Below, piece by piece: positions 38,404 to 41,546 of a DNA stretch of 41,546 nucleotides. A model generated the notes under the pieces. The model worked only from the letters and a program-made list of their open reading frames with translations. It was not told the origin of the DNA and searched no databases. The first letter of the stretch is position 1. The number at the start of each line of letters is the position of its first letter. The stretch is from Pelomyxa schiedti (lineage: Eukaryota; Protista; Evosea), in contig JAHLWZ010000935.1 of NCBI GenBank assembly GCA_020536535.1, positions 1 to 41,546 on the forward strand. The letters are read 5' to 3'. Both the position numbers and the translations under genes were made by a program.

Positions 38404-40199
38404 ATGGAGGCGGTGCGGCAGCGGGGGAGATCACGTGAGATCCCGTCGTCATTTTGTCTGGTACTATGTTGTGTCGTAATGACGGGTCTGTTGTGCTCCG
38501 GTGAAAAACTCGTTCTCCCCGACGCGGCCGAGTACGATCTCAGTGACTCATTTTTTGGCCTTTCTGGTACCTCGAATGCATTTTCTTTTTCCGTTTTCTT
38601 TCCTCTTCTTTCTTATCTCTCCTGAATAGTGGCTCTTGGCCCGAGCAACGTTTTCGTGGGAGCACCGTATGGGAACCCTTGGGCCGTTTACACAATGCCG
38701 GACGCCGCTACCATGGGAGGTGTTGTTGTGATATACCCTCTTGATGGCGTGGATCCACAGCATGTATTGCAGAGCCCTTCTACTCCTGATAGAGACACGA
38801 TTGATTACTATGGTGTTTCTGTTGTTGCAAATGGAGATTCTCTGTTCGTGGGGTGCCCCGCCTGCCCGAGTGGTGCGGAACTCTTGGTTTTGGTTGCGCT
38901 TTCTCACTGTTGCACAGGGACTGTTTATGTCTATGATAAGTCTGACGACTACACAAGTGTGGCGTCAGAATTTATATCTGATCATTCGCAATCTGGATTT
39001 GGTGCTGTAGTGGCAGCAGCAGGAGATTGGGTAGCTATAAGTGACTTCAGTGAGGTGACAATGACTACATTTCTCATATTCTATTAACATAGATCGTAGG
39101 ACATCCCAGTAGTATGGATTTTCAAGCTCGCTCCGGACAACACATATATGCAAGTTGATTCCGTGGAGGGAAATTCTTTTGATGGCTTTGGCATGTCGTT
39201 GTGCCTCACTGTGGACTCGGCAGATAATGTACTCTATGCTACTATGAAAATACCCTTGACTTTCCACAGGTGTGGCTGTTTGTTGGAGCTCCGCATGAAT
39301 CAATCAATGGTACTGAAAATGCGGGAGCTGTGCATGTTTTCCATACCATTGCGGAACAACCCTCCTCATTCACAGAGACACAAGTGCTGGCCCTAGACAA
39401 CGACGAAGTTCTGGAGAATGATTACCTGGGGACATCTATCGTTGTTTCTCCTTTCAACACAATGGTGTCAGTTGGTGTCCCCCAGATATATGGTGGTGGG
39501 GAGGATGAAGAGAAGAATTCCGGCAAGGTTTCCTTCCATCTTTCGGAAATCTGTTGGCTTAGATTGACAGGTTTTAATGTGGATTAGAGACGACGAAACC
39601 TCAATGACTTGGGAACGTCAGTCTCAACTTACTGGAAGAGGAAGTGACAACTCAAATTTTGGTTATGCACTCGCAGTATCATCTGATAGTAACACGATAC
39701 ACCTCGTCGTGGGATCTCCTAGCGCTTTCCATTCGCAATCTTTGGATGGCCAAAGCCCAAAATCTGGCAGCATTCAATTGTAACGAACCCATTCCTCTCC
39801 TTTTCTCTAACCATTACCCAGTTATGACGTTGAAGAAGGAAGCTCATCATGGCTGACAAAGCAAACACTTTCCGGGGATTACTCTCCCGATGGTTATGGA
39901 ATTGCTCTGGCACTCACTTCAAACCAAGCCATTGTTGGTGCCCCTTGGTCTCTCGTCACCACCGGTGGTGCCACAAAACTCGACCCAAAGAACCTCCCTC
40001 TGAGCACACAGGCAATTGCCGGTATCGCTGTGGGTGTTGTGATTGGCGTTGGCCTGGTGGCCACATTGCTGTCCGCAATTTACTTCCGTATGTCAGGAGT
40101 ACACAAGGTTCAAGGCTATGTTTTTTTCAAAAAACAATGAGAGGTGTTTGACTTTGTGCATTGCCAGTAGAAAGAAAGTTCTACGAATATTTTTTTTAA
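38404..40199 (+). CDS. FG-GAP repeat (integrin-alpha-type beta-propeller) single-pass membrane protein
   Basis: N-terminal hydrophobic signal, then repeats FFGLSVAL..VFVGAP, YYGVSVV..LFVGCP, GFGAVVA, GFGMSL..LFVGAPHE..AGAVHVF, YLGTSI..VGVP, FGYALA..VVGSP. C-terminal TM AIAGIAVGVVIGVGLVATLLSAIYF, short tail LERKFYEYFF*. Confidence 0.85.
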
Positions 40200-40230
40200 A
40201 TGAATTTGATGATTTTTGGTTTTTGTGCTT

Positions 40231-41408
40231 TTAAGTTCTTGTTGGCGGTGTAGGTTGTGTTGTGTTGTGAAGTTGTTGGAGCTGTGAAACAGCTTCTTCA
40301 TCTTGTAAGGGAGGGGAGTCACCATCTTCCTCTTTGATATCTGAACAGGCAATTGAGCAACATGTAGGTTGGAAGGAAGAAGTAAGAAGGTACATTGATC
40401 ATCTCCAGATACACCATCATCAACTGTGGAAGTAGGCCCATTTGCCCCAGTGCCGCTTGTGTTTAGGTTGGTGCTTACGTCGTCACCACCGGCATCTCTC
40501 CAGTCAGGAACCATGGTCTTGATGTGGTAGTTGCAAAAGGGATACTGCTTCTTCTTCGGAACGGGAATGTAGCACTTCTTTGACGAGCGTTTATTGGGGT
40601 CTTTGTATTGACAGAAAATGAAGGGGGACTCTGGGTCTAACGGGGCATGATGCTTTTTGATGAAAAACGTTAATTGGATCAAAGACAACACAAACCTACC
40701 CAACAATATCGGTAACCATTCAGTGCTTTACTCTTGCATCTCGTAAAGCCGTCTTTTCCTCTTGCAATACAAATAGTGGAGGCTTCTTCTTTAGGCAGTG
40801 GCTTCCCTTGTTCATCCACTAAAAAAGAGTTCAGTGGTTCATACATCTATTGTGATTTCATACCATACTTCTGAACTTCACGGGAATATCTTCGAGACCT
40901 CTTCCGTGGAGCAGGGTGGTGGGTATGAGTCTCCGCCTCACGGGGTGGAGCTGCGGTTGGACGTCTGCGTGACGATGCAGGAGATGAGTGTACTTTAGTA
41001 CGGTTGTGCTCGTTTTCAGACCATTCGGAAACACTGCCACCATCCCCAGGATTTTCCTCAACTGCATCGTCAGCACATGTTGCTGTGGTTGTCTGGTAGT
41101 TTGCAGAGGTATTTAGTACGGTTTCAGTTTCAAGCTTTTCCAATTTATCAAGAAGAAAACTTAAAGAAGCTATTAGAAGAAAAGCAACTGGTAGGCACTC
41201 CCTTACTCTCTCTCTTTGCGCATGCGTTTTATTCTTGCATTGAGTTGCACAACTTCATCTGCGAATTCGTAGGATTCCTTTGCTGCTTGTTTGTCTTATG
41301 TTGATGTGTGTGGGAAAACCATATAGCAAAGTGCCAAACAACTAAAACAACAAGTACCTCCAACAAATTTCGGTAACGTTTCTTAAGTTCCCTGTATTTT
41401 TCACCCAC
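40231..41408 (-). CDS. INO80E/TFPT-like coiled-coil protein with C-terminal C3H-type zinc finger (5' partial)
   Basis: Spliced EKYRELKKRYRNLLE..ADEVVQLNARIKRMRKERSFLLDKLEKLE resembles the INO80E N-terminal coil (YRNLKRK..KSFLLDRL). Later CQYKD..KKCYIPVP..PFCNYH resembles zf-C3Hc3H. The first exon is probably at or beyond the window edge. Confidence 0.65.
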
Positions 41409-41546
41409 TGCAGCCGGATTAATTCACAAAGTGACACACGCCCTCGACTCTCTCCTTTAAAAAACTCAAAATGTCAAAATGCCACCAAGGCAACGTGGTG
41501 CATTCGCCTTCGTGGCAGAAGAAAAAGGTTCTCAATTCGTGAAAAT

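Noticed and set aside
1-41546. tRNA, rRNA, CRISPR arrays, transposons
   Set aside because: I saw no cloverleafs, spaced repeats, terminal inverted repeats, or transposase/RT motifs by eye. A covariance-model scan would be needed to exclude small ncRNAs.

Overview
Compact, intron-rich eukaryotic DNA. Most introns are GT-AG and about 43-60 nt long, intergenic gaps are short, and several start codons follow A-rich stretches. A lineage-type motif (QFAALxxxSHPRCG) suggests a Pelomyxa-like archamoeba; this is inference from recall, not a search result. Manual splicing gives about 15 loci: a degenerate ankyrin-like fragment; a giant ~3091-aa protein; an intronless lineage-specific protein; an MRNIP-like protein; a divergent GHMP/galactokinase-like kinase; a hypothetical protein; a disrupted IBR/RING/ZZ E3-ligase-like gene; PDAT/LCAT; a membrane GNAT; an RNI-type LRR protein; a metallophosphoesterase; a coactosin-like ADF-H protein; a large 2H+VWA protein; a small hypothetical protein; an FG-GAP membrane protein; and a partial INO80E-like gene. 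The standout is the giant gene at 1930-11590. The ORF track splits it into unrelated-looking pieces, but it splices into one frame. It carries the ordered motifs of a UDP-glucose/GDP-mannose-type nucleotide-sugar dehydrogenase, stretched by large insertions, fused to two tandem ATP-grasp ligase domains. A divergent sugar kinase lies 4 kb downstream. This may be an undescribed pathway that makes uronic acids and conjugates them to amino acids or amines. All family calls come from motif recognition by eye.
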